Source of the DNA: Solirubrobacteraceae bacterium
GTDB taxonomy: Bacteria; Actinomycetota; Thermoleophilia; Solirubrobacterales; Solirubrobacteraceae
Length of the DNA: 64,000 nucleotides
Direction of reading: 5' to 3'
Assembly: GCA_032119795.1 (NCBI GenBank)
Contig: JAUMFO010000025.1
Span: 4,334-68,333 of the forward strand
The notes below the pieces were generated by a model. That model made no database searches, was not told the origin of the DNA, and saw only the letters and a list, made by a program, of their open reading frames with translations. The position numbers and the translations under genes were made by a program. Positions 11,198 through 21,044 of this stretch are shown one piece after another (within the stretch, counting starts at the first letter, position 1; each line of letters opens with the position of its first letter).

Positions 11198-12109
11198 ATG
11201 ATCGACACGGCAGTTGGGGTGGCGGTTCTCGGAGGCCGGGCAGTGGCGCGAGGCGCCACCGCTGCGCTGATGCCAACGCGCGTTGCGCTGCGCGTGACTC
11301 GGCTCGGCGGCCCGCTGCAGCGCGCCGCCGAGGCGGCCACAACGACCGGCCGCACGGCGCGTCGCGATCTCGTGCGCGCAGGAGAGCGCCAGGCCGAGAT
11401 CGTCTTGGCCGCCCCTGAGCTGGGGCGCCTCGTCGACCGCGTGTTCGCCGGGCCGCTCGCCGAATCGATCGTCGACTCGGTAGCGACCCACCGGTTCGCG
11501 CACCGTCTGGTCGACGCGATGCTCACCGATGAGCTGGTCGCCGATGTCATCGATCGATTGCTCAAGACCGGCGCGATCGCCACGGTGGTCGACGACCTCC
11601 TCGAGTCCGGCCAACTCACCAAAATCGTCGACCACATCATCGAGACCGGCACGATCACGAGCGTGATCGATCACCTGCTCTCCTCCGGCTCCGTGGCGCT
11701 CATCGTCAGCTACGCCGCCACCTCCCCGCAGATCGAAGAGGCCGTCCGCGAGGCCCTCACCGCGAGCCGCGTTGAGGCCATCGCCGCGGAGATCACGGCG
11801 AGCGGGCAGCTCGAACGCTGGCTCGATCAGATCCTCGAGAGCCCGGCACTGCAGCGCGCAGTGGTCTCGATTCTCGAATCGGATTTCGTCGTCACGACGA
11901 CCGATCACTTCACCGAGAGTGAGGAGATGCGCAAGGTCCTGACGGCCGTCGCCAGCAGCCCCGAGATTCGCTCGGCGTTGGCCGAGCAGAGCATGGGCAT
12001 GGCCGACGAGATCACCTCCGGCGTGCGCCGACGGACGGTCTCCCTCGACGACCGCGCCGAGCGCACCGCCCGAAAGCTCTTCCGTCGACCCGTCGAGAAG
12101 GACGCATGA
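11198..12109 (+). CDS. hypothetical helical-repeat protein ((V/I)D-x-LL-x-(S/T)G repeats)
   Basis: ATG with GAGGA 8 nt upstream. About 15-aa repeats VIDRLLKTGAIATVVDDLLESGQLTKIVDHIIETGTITSVIDHLLSSGS. ATGA overlap with the downstream RDD gene. Confidence 0.65.
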   Translation: MIDTAVGVAVLGGRAVARGATAALMPTRVALRVTRLGGPLQRAAEAATTTGRTARRDLVRAGERQAEIVLAAPELGRLVDRVFAGPLAESIVDSVATHRFAHRLVDAMLTDELVADVIDRLLKTGAIATVVDDLLESGQLTKIVDHIIETGTITSVIDHLLSSGSVALIVSYAATSPQIEEAVREALTASRVEAIAAEITASGQLERWLDQILESPALQRAVVSILESDFVVTTTDHFTESEEMRKVLTAVASSPEIRSALAEQSMGMADEITSGVRRRTVSLDDRAERTARKLFRRPVEKDA

Positions 12110-12687
12110 CGCAGCCGGCCGGCGGCGCCGCAGGCATGCCCGCTGCTCCGACCGAGCGCGACGTGACCCATCCGTTTGCGGGCATCGTGACGCGCGGCGT
12201 CGCCATCGCCATCGACGGCGGCGCAGCGGGGGCGCTCTTTGCGCTCTTCGCGATCGGTGTGTCCGGGGCGCTGGCCGCGCTTGGCTTCGCCGACGTCGGC
12301 ACGCTGCCGTCGGTCCTCGGCACGAGCGCCGTCTGGCTGGCCTTCGTCGTCGGGTACTTCGTGGTCTGCTGGTCGACGACCGGCCAGACGATCGGGATGC
12401 GGATGATGGGGATTCGGCTCGTCACGCGGACGGGCAGCCCGCCCAACGTGTGCCGATCGACGCTGCGCTACTTCGCACAGTTTCCGTCGATCCTGCTGCT
12501 CTTTGGGGGCGTGATCATGGTGATGTTCCACCGCCAGCGCCGCGCCCTGCATGACGTGATCGCCGGGACGTTCGTGATCTACGCCGACGCGCCAGTCGAC
12601 ATGGTCACGCGCGCGCTCCACGGCGCGTCGGCGGACGAGAGCTCCGCCGCGCTGCACGCTCCATCGACCGATCAGACGGCGACCTAG
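12106..12687 (+). CDS. RDD-family membrane protein
   Basis: TGQTIGMRMMGIRLV ... RRALHDVIAGTFVIY pattern of RDD domains, with 3 hydrophobic segments. Start overlaps the upstream stop. Confidence 0.8.
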   Translation: MTQPAGGAAGMPAAPTERDVTHPFAGIVTRGVAIAIDGGAAGALFALFAIGVSGALAALGFADVGTLPSVLGTSAVWLAFVVGYFVVCWSTTGQTIGMRMMGIRLVTRTGSPPNVCRSTLRYFAQFPSILLLFGGVIMVMFHRQRRALHDVIAGTFVIYADAPVDMVTRALHGASADESSAALHAPSTDQTAT

Positions 12688-12692
12688 CCCCG

Positions 12693-13817
12693 GTGCACAC
12701 CCCTCCCTCGAAGACCCCAAAAGTCGGCAAGGTCGGCGATCGCCTTGAAGGCGCGATCGGTCGCCACGTCGACATCGCCGCGGAGATCGAGCGCGAGGAG
12801 CAGGAGTCCGGTCGCCCCAAGCACCTCGTCCGCACCGTCGTCTGGCTGACGATCACCGTCGTCTCGCTCTACCTCGTCGCACCGTCGGTCCTGAGCCTGC
12901 TGGACTCGTGGGACGAGGTCCAGTCGATCGGGATCGGCTGGATCGGGGCGATGGTGATCCTTGAGGCCCTGGCGCTGCTGTGCCTGGCCGAGCTGCAGTA
13001 CCTGTCGATCAACGGCACCCGGTGGCGGTGGATCGTCACGTCGCAGCTGGCCGGCAACGCGATGGCCAAGATCGCTCCTGGCGGCGGAGCGATCGGCGCC
13101 GCACTGCAGTACCGCATGCTGGCCCGCTTCGGCGTGCCGAAGGCCACCACGGTCGCGGGACTGACGGCCGCCAACGTCCTCACCCTGGCCGTCGTGCTCG
13201 CCATGCCGATCGGCGCGATCCCAGCCATCCTTCGCGGCCTGGTTCCCAACGGCCTGCTGTCTGCGTCGATCGGCGGCGCAGTGCTGTTCGTCGTGCTCGC
13301 CGGCCTCGGCGCCGCGTGCATGGCCCGCGATCGCCCCCTGGAGGTGATCGGCCGCGGCTTTGAACGCGTCCGCAACCGGCTGCGCCCGAAGGCCACGCCG
13401 ATGCGTGGGCTCCCCCGCCGGCTGCTGACGCAGCGCGACGGACTGCTGACCACCCTCGGGCCGAAATGGAGAGCCGCCCTGGCCGCTGCGGTCGGCCGGT
13501 GGGCGTTTGAGTACGCCGTCCTGGTGGCCGCCCTGGCGTCGGTTGGGGCCCACCCGCGGCCCGCCCTGATCCTCTTGGCGTTCTGCGCCGCCCAGCTGCT
13601 CGCGCAGATCCCGATCACGCCGGGTGGCCTCGGGTTTGTGGAGGCCGGGCTGGCCACGACGCTCGTGCTGGCCGGCGTCTCCGGCGCCGATGCCGCCGTC
13701 GCGACGTTCGCCTACCGCTTGATCTCCTACTGGCTGCCGCTGCCCGTGGGGCTCTTCGCGTTCTTCATCGACCGGCGCTTCAAGGTGCCTCCCGCGGTGC
13801 CAACAGGTAGTGGCTAG
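12693..13817 (+). CDS. flippase-like / lysylphosphatidylglycerol-synthase TM-region family membrane protein (UPF0104)
   Basis: Multi-TM protein with ITPGGLGFVEAGLATTLVLAGV near the C-terminus. GTG start 5 nt after the RDD stop. Confidence 0.75.
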   Translation: MHTPPSKTPKVGKVGDRLEGAIGRHVDIAAEIEREEQESGRPKHLVRTVVWLTITVVSLYLVAPSVLSLLDSWDEVQSIGIGWIGAMVILEALALLCLAELQYLSINGTRWRWIVTSQLAGNAMAKIAPGGGAIGAALQYRMLARFGVPKATTVAGLTAANVLTLAVVLAMPIGAIPAILRGLVPNGLLSASIGGAVLFVVLAGLGAACMARDRPLEVIGRGFERVRNRLRPKATPMRGLPRRLLTQRDGLLTTLGPKWRAALAAAVGRWAFEYAVLVAALASVGAHPRPALILLAFCAAQLLAQIPITPGGLGFVEAGLATTLVLAGVSGADAAVATFAYRLISYWLPLPVGLFAFFIDRRFKVPPAVPTGSG

Positions 13818-13891
13818 CGCCCACCTGCGTCGACGCTGTCACGTCAGCTCAGTCGCACACCTGAGCTGATCGTTGACTTCTCCCGCGCAGG

Positions 13892-15091
13892 ATGGTCGGC
13901 CGTGCACGTCGAACGTGGCACCTGATGACCGATCATCCGCCGAGCGCCGACCTTCCCACCGTGCCGCCTGCACCGACAAAGCCGCCAGCTACGGCGATCG
14001 TGGTGCCGTTTCGCACGCTCCTGATGCTCGCCGTCTTCGGGGCTCTGGTCGTCCTCGTGATCTTGGCCGCCCCGACGCTGCTGTCGATTCTCGTCGCGGG
14101 CATCCTCGCGCTAGGACTCGATCCGATCGTCGGCAAGCTCACGCGTCGCGGCTGGTCGCGTGGCGTCGCGTCACTCACCACGATGGGCGCGCTCATTACG
14201 GCCGTCTTCCTGCTGATCCTGATCACGGCCGGGCCGCTGTGGGATCAGATCGTCCTGTTCATCAAGGAGGTCCCGACGTACTGGGAGGAGATCAGCTCCA
14301 AACCGGCGTTCCAAGACATCGTGAACGCGCTGGATGCCAACAATCAGATCGCCGAGGCCATGAAGGAACTCGCCGCCGGGCTGCCGGATGCGGCCAGCGC
14401 GATCGTCGGCGTGGCCAGTGGCGTCGTCGGATCTGGCCTGTTGATGGTCACCTTGGCATTCCTGGCGCTCTTCCTGCTGATGGAGCGCCCGACGATCACG
14501 ACCTGGCTCTTTGGGTTCACACCGCCACAGACGGAAGACCGCTGGTCGCCGGTCGTGGAGAACGCCATCAAGACCGTCTCCTCCTCGCTCATCGGAAACG
14601 TGGCGATCTCGATCGTCGCGGGCACCGTCACCTTCATCGCTGCCTCGCTGCTCGACCTGCCGTTCCCGATCGTGCTGGCGGTGATGACCGGTTTGCTCGA
14701 CCTCATCCCGCAGATCGGCGCGACCATCGCCGCGATCATTCTCGTGGCGATTGCCCTCACGGTCTCCACGCAGGCGGCGGTGATCATGCTGATCGTGCAG
14801 CTGGTCTACCAGCAGCTCGAGAACTACGTGATCTACCCGATCGTCTACAGCCAGGCCGTTGAGCTGTCGGGCTTTACGACGATCGTTGCGGTCCTGATTC
14901 TCGGGGCAATTCTCGGCGTCGTCGGGGCGATCCTCGCCGTGCCGCTTGCCGCGGTCGCCAAGGTCATCCTCCACGAAGGTACGCGCCCACGGCGCGAGCG
15001 AATGGCCGCGATGCGCGCCGCGCTGGCCTCCGCGCCGGGCGCCTCCATGCCGGGCGCCAGCCGCTCCGACGCCGCCGGCGACCCGGCATGA
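13892..15091 (+). CDS. AI-2E family transporter (PerM/UPF0118)
   Basis: Eight or so TM segments. LLDLIPQIGATIAAIILVAIAL signature region. Confidence 0.85.
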   Translation: MVGRARRTWHLMTDHPPSADLPTVPPAPTKPPATAIVVPFRTLLMLAVFGALVVLVILAAPTLLSILVAGILALGLDPIVGKLTRRGWSRGVASLTTMGALITAVFLLILITAGPLWDQIVLFIKEVPTYWEEISSKPAFQDIVNALDANNQIAEAMKELAAGLPDAASAIVGVASGVVGSGLLMVTLAFLALFLLMERPTITTWLFGFTPPQTEDRWSPVVENAIKTVSSSLIGNVAISIVAGTVTFIAASLLDLPFPIVLAVMTGLLDLIPQIGATIAAIILVAIALTVSTQAAVIMLIVQLVYQQLENYVIYPIVYSQAVELSGFTTIVAVLILGAILGVVGAILAVPLAAVAKVILHEGTRPRRERMAAMRAALASAPGASMPGASRSDAAGDPA

Positions 15092-16917
15092 CCCAGCCTC
15101 CGGCGATCCCGCCGCGCCCCCCGGCCGAGCCGCAAGCAAGCGACGACTACGTCGTCGACGTCTCGGCGCTCGACCTCGCCAAGCAGGAACTCCAGCGCTT
15201 CAAGGGCGGGCTCGGGAAGGCCGCACTGGGCTTCCTGGTGCTGGTTCCTACGCTGCTCGCCGCGGTGTATCTGTGGGCCAACTGGGATCCGCTCGGCAAC
15301 CTCAGTGAGTTGCCGGTGGCGCTCGTCAACGAGGACCAGCCGACGCAGGCCGGCGGGCAGTCCGTCGCCGGCGGCACCGCCATCGAAGAGAAGCTCACGA
15401 GCGCTCCGCTGCTTGGCTGGCAGAAGGCCTCCGGCGAGGAAGCTCGACAGGGCCTCCAAGACGGCGATTTCTACGCGGTTCTGACGATCCCGAAGGACTT
15501 CAGCGCCCGGCTCGGCAGCCCAGCCGGCGACACGCCGCAGCGTGCGAGCGTGGCGCTCCAGCTCGACGACGCCAACAACTACATGGTCGGCGTCGCGGCT
15601 CGGACGCTCGGCGTCGAGCTCCAGGACCAGATCGACGCCGCTGCGCAGGCGGCCTACGCCGACGCGGCGTTCGCCGGCTACGACGTGCTGACCAAAGGGT
15701 TCGGCGTGGCCGCAGACGAAGCCAAGACGCTTGCTGGCAATGCGAAGGCAACCTCCGCGGCCGCGGGCGAGCTGTCTGCCTCGCTCGGCAAGCTCGAAGG
15801 CGGCGCACGCGACCTGAAGGTCAGCACGGGCAACCTGAGCAAGGACATCGGCGGCCTGGCCACCGGACTCGACGACTCCGCCAAAGCCGTCGAAGCCGCC
15901 GGTGAGCAGCTCAAGACGGTCGTCGCGAACGCGACCGCCCCGACGGCGACGACCCCGGCCGGAACGACCCCGACGGCCACCACTCCAGGCGACGCCGCGG
16001 TGGCTGCAGCCGTCGCCGATCTCAAGGAGGCTGCGAGCAAGGCCGGCAACGACGTCGACGAGCTGCAGCAGGACGCCAAGCGCTCGGCCGGTGACGCCGC
16101 TACGCACCGCGACTCCGCGCGCACCGCCAACGACGACGGCGAGGCCGTCGCCAAACAGGCGTCCTCGGTCGCGGAGGAGGCGGGCGCGCTGTCAGACAGC
16201 CTGGAGGTGTCGACCGGCGAGTTGCCGGGCAGTGACCCCGAAGGCCGCGAGCAGCTGGCGAGCGTGCTGGTGCACCCGGTCGGCATCACCATCACGAACG
16301 CCAACCCTGCCGGGACGTACGGCCGGGGCATGGCCCCACTGTTCTTGTCGATCGGCTTGTGGACGTTCGCCCTGATCGTGTTCCTGCTGATGCGCCCCGT
16401 CTCACCCGACGACCTTGAGAGCGATGCCTCCTCGCTGACGCTCGCGCTCGGTGCCTGGCTACCGGCGGCGCTCGTCGGCACGGCCGGAGCGGTCGTGTTG
16501 CTCTTCTCCGGCGTCGTGATCGGGCTCTCGCCCGACTCACCGGGCGGCGTACTCGTATTGCTGCTCCTCGGGATCTGGGCGTTCACGGCGATCGTGCAGG
16601 CGCTGCGGCTCCTCTTCGGCCCAGCTGGGCTCGCCGCCGCGCTGTTCCTCCTCGTGATCCAGGTCGCCGCCAGCGGAGGCGTCTACCCCGTCGAGCTCTC
16701 GCCGGGCGTGCTGCGCGCACTCAGCCCGGTGGTGCCGTTCACGTGGCTCGTCGACGCGTTCCGCGTGGCCATCAGCGGCGGCGTGAGCAGCAACGTGGGC
16801 GTCGCGGCGGCCGGGCTCCTGGTCCTCGCCGTGATCGGGCTCGGCGTCAGCTCGCTCGTGATCGCCAACCGCCGCGGCGACCGTCTCGACGACGCTGCGC
16901 TGGAGCAGCCGTCCTGA
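15088..16917 (+). CDS. YhgE/Pip domain membrane protein
   Basis: ATGA overlap with the AI-2E gene. N-terminal TM followed by LVNEDQP motif, a long Ala-rich extracytoplasmic coiled region, and a C-terminal ABC-2-like multi-TM block. Confidence 0.8.
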   Translation: MTQPPAIPPRPPAEPQASDDYVVDVSALDLAKQELQRFKGGLGKAALGFLVLVPTLLAAVYLWANWDPLGNLSELPVALVNEDQPTQAGGQSVAGGTAIEEKLTSAPLLGWQKASGEEARQGLQDGDFYAVLTIPKDFSARLGSPAGDTPQRASVALQLDDANNYMVGVAARTLGVELQDQIDAAAQAAYADAAFAGYDVLTKGFGVAADEAKTLAGNAKATSAAAGELSASLGKLEGGARDLKVSTGNLSKDIGGLATGLDDSAKAVEAAGEQLKTVVANATAPTATTPAGTTPTATTPGDAAVAAAVADLKEAASKAGNDVDELQQDAKRSAGDAATHRDSARTANDDGEAVAKQASSVAEEAGALSDSLEVSTGELPGSDPEGREQLASVLVHPVGITITNANPAGTYGRGMAPLFLSIGLWTFALIVFLLMRPVSPDDLESDASSLTLALGAWLPAALVGTAGAVVLLFSGVVIGLSPDSPGGVLVLLLLGIWAFTAIVQALRLLFGPAGLAAALFLLVIQVAASGGVYPVELSPGVLRALSPVVPFTWLVDAFRVAISGGVSSNVGVAAAGLLVLAVIGLGVSSLVIANRRGDRLDDAALEQPS

Positions 16918-17066
16918 CCGAAGAGCCCGACCCGAGCGCTGGCGGCGAGCCGGGCGCCCCCGCACGCCCGGCGCTCCACAAGCGCTTGGAGACGTCGGTG
17001 ATCAACCGCGTCTCCCCAGACCGCACGCGCCGCGCAACGACGACGGAGCGCCTCTCCGTGAGCCTC

Positions 17067-17459
17067 ATGCCGTGGGACCGCCTCGTGCTCGTGAACCGCG
17101 TCCTGGAGATCGCCGGCAAGCTCGCCACGACGATCTGGTGCGGCACCCTGGCTGCGATCATCCTCGGCTTCGACCCCAAGGACGCGATCGAGGGTGCGCT
17201 GCACTCCGGGCGCCCGATCAGCGGCATCCTGGCGATCACGGTGCTGATCCCGACGGTGATCTTCCTGCTCCTGCGCTCTGGCATCGGGTACTGCCGGTGG
17301 CGGGTGCAGCGTGAGCTCTGGCGCCGCGACGTCAGGCGGCTCACCCGCATCGCCCGCGACGCCGGCGCCGAGGATCTGGGAGACGTGGCGGTCGCAGGCG
17401 GCAACCTCCCCACGCGAGTGCTTGAGCGGGTCGGGCTCCTGCCGGCGCAGCGCACCTGA
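17067..17459 (+). CDS. small membrane protein, hypothetical
   Basis: High G/C at codon position 3. Two hydrophobic segments (TIWCGTLAAIILGF, ISGILAITVLIPTVIFLLL). The start could also be TTG 16986 or GTG 16998. Confidence 0.55.
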   Translation: MPWDRLVLVNRVLEIAGKLATTIWCGTLAAIILGFDPKDAIEGALHSGRPISGILAITVLIPTVIFLLLRSGIGYCRWRVQRELWRRDVRRLTRIARDAGAEDLGDVAVAGGNLPTRVLERVGLLPAQRT

Positions 17460-17475
17460 GCGCCGAGCCCAGGAG

Positions 17476-18225
17476 TTAGGGCACGATCGCAAACGCTCGC
17501 GCCGGGAAGCCCGAGCCGCCAAGCGGCTTGGGCCATGTCGCGACGATCAGCCCACCGGCGGCGGGGAGCCCGCCGAGGTTCGCCATCAGCTCGATCTGCC
17601 AGCGGTCGGCACCGAGCAGGTAGGCCTCGGCCGGGTACTGCCCGGTCGATACCAGGGCACCCGGGTCGGTGTCGGTCATGTCGTGGCCGATCGCCGTGAT
17701 GCCCCGCTCTTCAACGAGGAACCTCAGCGCGCTCACGTCCCAGCCCGGGTAGTGCGCAACGCCTTCGGCGTCGCGGTTCTGCATCGCGTCGCCGCTCGGC
17801 CAGCGTGCACTCCAGCCGGTGTTGAGCGCGACGAACGCGCCCTCCGGGATCGGGCCATGTTCGGCTTCGTAGGTCTGCATCGTGGCGAGCCCCGCTGCGA
17901 AGTCGACGTTGCCGGCGACCTGCTCGCAAACGTCAAGCACCGCCAGCGGCAAGATCATCTCGGTGACGGGGACCTCGTCTTGCGTTCGCAGGCCTCGCAC
18001 GAAGTGCGCTGGCGGATCCATGTGCGTACCCCACTGCCCGATATGGCGGTACTCGTGCGCGAGGAACCCACTGCCCTGCGTTCCTACGCCCTCGTCGTAG
18101 TGAAACAGCGTGGTGCGCTCCTCATCGGGGAACTGGTGAAAGTGCGGGATCCCCGGCTCGAACGCATGCGTGAGATCAACCCAGCGGCAGGCGCGGAGCT
18201 GCGCAAGGACATCGGCAAGCGGCAT
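17476..18225 (-). CDS. putative cyclase / kynurenine-formamidase-like metal hydrolase
   Basis: GQWGTHMDPPAHF matches the HxGTHxDxPxH cyclase-family motif. The ATG at 18225 avoids the terminator hairpin. Confidence 0.8.
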   Translation of the reverse strand: MPLADVLAQLRACRWVDLTHAFEPGIPHFHQFPDEERTTLFHYDEGVGTQGSGFLAHEYRHIGQWGTHMDPPAHFVRGLRTQDEVPVTEMILPLAVLDVCEQVAGNVDFAAGLATMQTYEAEHGPIPEGAFVALNTGWSARWPSGDAMQNRDAEGVAHYPGWDVSALRFLVEERGITAIGHDMTDTDPGALVSTGQYPAEAYLLGADRWQIELMANLGGLPAAGGLIVATWPKPLGGSGFPARAFAIVP

Positions 18226-18242
18226 GCCCGCGAGTCTAGGAC

Positions 18243-18275
18243 GGCAAAACAAAGGGCCCCGCTCGCGCGGGGCCC
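18243..18275 (-). terminator. rho-independent terminator downstream of tRNA-Thr
   Basis: The minus strand reads GGGCCCCGC-GCGA-GCGGGGCCC followed by TTTGTTTTGCC. Confidence 0.75.
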
Positions 18276-18283
18276 TGATCTCA

Positions 18284-18355
18284 AGCCGACGGTGGGATTC
18301 GAACCCACGACCCCTTCATTACGAGTGAAGTGCTCTACCCCTGAGCTACGTCGGC
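18284..18355 (-). tRNA. tRNA-Thr (anticodon CGU)
   Basis: Hand-folded cloverleaf: acceptor GCCGACG/CGTCGGC, D stem GCTC/GAGC, anticodon stem CTTCA/TGAAG with loop CTCGTAA, T arm GTGGG-TTCGAAT-CCCAC. CCA is not encoded. Confidence 0.9.
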
Positions 18356-18612
18356 GAGGCTCCGGAATGGTAGCGAGGAACGGCGCGGGCCGACGGCTCG
18401 TCGTGTGCGCGCCCGCACGGCGGCCTCATAGCGGGCCTGCCAAAGGGTGGCGAGCGGAGAACAGAACAGCAGGTCGGCCCGCGCCGACCGAACATCTGGC
18501 CATTCGCTACGGCCCGTGTTTCTGGCGCATCGTTGGCGCGAAGTAGCTTGCGGCATCGTCGCTTTTTGGGAAGTGGCGTGTGCCGGGACGGGCAACATGA
18601 AGGGGACCTGCT

Positions 18613-19488
18613 GTGCCGCTGGTGGAACTGGCCGCTGGGCCGATCAGCTACGAGGACACGGGCGGAGATGGCCCGGTGCTCGTGCTGCTGCACGGCCTCC
18701 TGATGAACGGCAGTCTGTGGCGCAAGGTCGTCCCAGAGCTGCGCGGTGGCCACCGCTGCATCACGCCGACCCTGCCGCTTGGCAGCCACCGGATCCCCAT
18801 GCGCCGCGACGCCGACCTCTCGCTGACGGGCCTGGCGGCGCTCGTCGCGGAGTTCCTGGACGCACTTGATCTGCACGACGTCACGCTCGTGTTCAACGAC
18901 TGGTCGCCGGGCCAGGTGCTCGTCGCCTCCGGCCGGACGGAGCGCATCGCGCGGCTGGTGTTCGTCGCCTGCGAGGCCTTCGACAACTACCCACCTGGCC
19001 TGCCTGGCTCGCTCGCAGGGCTGGCCGCAAAGCTTCCCGGCGGCGTGAAGGGAGCCACGCAGCCACTGCGCGTGCGCTCGCTGCGGCGCAGCCCCGCGGC
19101 GTTCGGATGGATGTCGAAGCGGCCGGTGCCGGACGCCGTCCTCGACGACTGGCTCGAGCCCGTCCTCGACCAATCAGCGGTGCGGCGCGACCTCACCAAG
19201 TACGCCCGCAGCGGCCGCGAGGCGCGGCACGCAACGCTCGCCGCCGACGAGTCGCTCGCCCTCTTCACCAAACCGGTCCTCGTCGTCTGGGCCAGTGAGG
19301 ACCGCGTGATGCCCAGCGAACACGGCCCCCGCCTGGCGGAGCTCTTCCCAAGAGGCCGACTCGTCTGGATCGACGACAGCTACACGCTCATCCCCGAGGA
19401 CCAGCCTCACCGGCTGGCCCAAGAGCTCCGGCTGTTCGTCAACGAGACGGTCGAGCGCCGCCAGGCGCCGCGGGTCCAGATCGCCTAG
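18613..19488 (+). CDS. alpha/beta-fold hydrolase (haloalkane-dehalogenase-like)
   Basis: GTG start. ISYEDTGGDGPVLVLLHGLLMNGSLWRKVVPEL. The C-terminal part has WASEDRVMP typical of the fold. Confidence 0.8.
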   Translation: MPLVELAAGPISYEDTGGDGPVLVLLHGLLMNGSLWRKVVPELRGGHRCITPTLPLGSHRIPMRRDADLSLTGLAALVAEFLDALDLHDVTLVFNDWSPGQVLVASGRTERIARLVFVACEAFDNYPPGLPGSLAGLAAKLPGGVKGATQPLRVRSLRRSPAAFGWMSKRPVPDAVLDDWLEPVLDQSAVRRDLTKYARSGREARHATLAADESLALFTKPVLVVWASEDRVMPSEHGPRLAELFPRGRLVWIDDSYTLIPEDQPHRLAQELRLFVNETVERRQAPRVQIA

Positions 19489-19501
19489 GCGCGCGCGAAG
19501 C

Positions 19502-19834
19502 TCAGCGGCCGAAGCTCGGGTCGATCTGACGGCAGCGGTCCAGCGCCAGCGCCACCTTGTGCTCGACGCCGCTCTGCGTCGCCTGCGTGTGGCCGACTTG
19601 GCATGCGACCTTGGCGGCGTGCACGCGCTGCTTCTCGCGAACGTCGGCATAGGCGCTCCTCGCGGCCGACGGCACGACCCGTTCGACCGGCGCCCCGAAG
19701 TGATTGGCCGTCGCCACGACAAACGCCATGGCCACCAACCGTGACGGGCGCCGGAGCTCCCCGAGCACATCTCGTGCCGTCGACATGACCGGTCGCTCGC
19801 GACGGTAGTTGGCGTGGCGAAGCATGCGGAACAT
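19502..19834 (-). CDS. hypothetical protein
   Basis: Strong G/C bias at codon position 3 from about 19834 downward, and weaker upstream of it. No family recognised. The start is uncertain (19834, 19825 or 19786). Confidence 0.45.
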   Translation of the reverse strand: MFRMLRHANYRRERPVMSTARDVLGELRRPSRLVAMAFVVATANHFGAPVERVVPSAARSAYADVREKQRVHAAKVACQVGHTQATQSGVEHKVALALDRCRQIDPSFGR

Positions 19835-19837
19835 GTC

Positions 19838-19870
19838 GTCACACACCAGGAAATGGTTAATTGGTGTGAC
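19838..19870. promoter_or_regulatory. imperfect palindrome in AT-richer divergent intergenic region (candidate operator)
   Basis: gtcacacacca-ggaaatggttaa-ttggtgtgac lies between the divergent genes 19502..19834(-) and 19950..20939(+). Confidence 0.3.
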
Positions 19871-19949
19871 CAGTTCCTCCAACAAACGCCGAGACGCCCC
19901 GCCACGGGTGCTTGGCGCGCGCGAGCGTGCGCCCCGGCAGACTGATCAC

Positions 19950-20939
19950 ATGGCCCGCCAGTCCCAGACGCGCACGTTCCTGCCGCTTGTGGTCCTTGCG
20001 TTGGCCGGCATCGTGATCGGTGGCGTCTGGGCATGGGTCGCGCCGCGAGACCCACAATCGACCCCCGAGATCGAGGCCGAACTCCGCGCCCTGCGTGAGT
20101 CGGAAGCCAAGCGGAGCCCCGACCAGGCCACCGCCTCGAAACCCGCGCTCTGCCGCAAGCTCGACGTGACCAACCGCGGGGCGGTCACCAGCGACGACCT
20201 CAACGAGATCTCCGGACTCGTGGCCAGCCGTCGCCAGGCAGGACTCTTCTGGGCCAACGAAGACAGCGGCGCGGCTCCGCAGCTCTCCGCGCTGCGCGAG
20301 AACGGGTCACTCGCCGGGCAGTGGACGATCCCCGGCGCCGAGAACGTCGACTGGGAAGACATCGCCGCCGGGCCAAGTCCAAACGGACCGGTCCTGTACG
20401 CGGCAGACACGGGAGACAACGCCGAGGGCCGCGACTCGGTGGTGGTCTACCGCGTGCCGGAACCCTCACCGGCTACCGGCGGCGGCGCGACGACCCCCGC
20501 GGACCGCCTTGAGCTGACGTATCCAGACGGCGCGCATGACGCTGAGGCGGTGATCGTCGACCCTCGGCGCGGCACCCTGATGATCTTCACGAAGGGCACG
20601 CCTGGCAACGTCTACGCGCTGAGCCCACCGCTGCCGTTCGGCAGCTCCGCTCGGCTACGGCTCATCACCGCCGCCCCACTCTCGCTGGCCACCGGCGCCG
20701 ACGTGAGCGCCGACGGCACGACGGTCGCGCTGCGCGGGTACTTCGGCTTCGTGGTCTGGAGGCGCAAGGGCAACGAACCGCTCACGCAGACGGTACGGCG
20801 CAAGCCCTGCGCGACGCCGACGATCCTGACCGACGGCCAGGGCGAGGCCATCGCGCTCTCCAAGGGCGGCACGACGGCCTGGACGATCGCCGAGGGGTCT
20901 CGGCCTCCGGTCCTGCGCTACCGCGCTGCCGCCAAGTAG
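19950..20939 (+). CDS. membrane-anchored/secreted hypothetical protein (beta-propeller-like?)
   Basis: ATG at 19950 gives MARQSQTRTFLPLVVLALAGIVIGGVWAWV. NEISGLVASRRQAGLFWANEDSG and LYAADTGDN motifs. The family assignment is uncertain. Confidence 0.6.
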   Translation: MARQSQTRTFLPLVVLALAGIVIGGVWAWVAPRDPQSTPEIEAELRALRESEAKRSPDQATASKPALCRKLDVTNRGAVTSDDLNEISGLVASRRQAGLFWANEDSGAAPQLSALRENGSLAGQWTIPGAENVDWEDIAAGPSPNGPVLYAADTGDNAEGRDSVVVYRVPEPSPATGGGATTPADRLELTYPDGAHDAEAVIVDPRRGTLMIFTKGTPGNVYALSPPLPFGSSARLRLITAAPLSLATGADVSADGTTVALRGYFGFVVWRRKGNEPLTQTVRRKPCATPTILTDGQGEAIALSKGGTTAWTIAEGSRPPVLRYRAAAK

Positions 20940-21044
20940 CGCAGCCCGACCACAGCTCACCGATACGCTGCGTACTGCGATGCCCATTCTCAAGGCTGGA
21001 CATTTGTGCGATGAACGCCGGGATTCCCTTTACAGTGCTCCGCG

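Noticed and set aside
18243-18612. Genomic island or integrated element at tRNA-Thr
   Set aside because: There is no integrase, no recombinase and no duplicated tRNA 3' segment on either side. The flanking genes are ordinary hydrolases.
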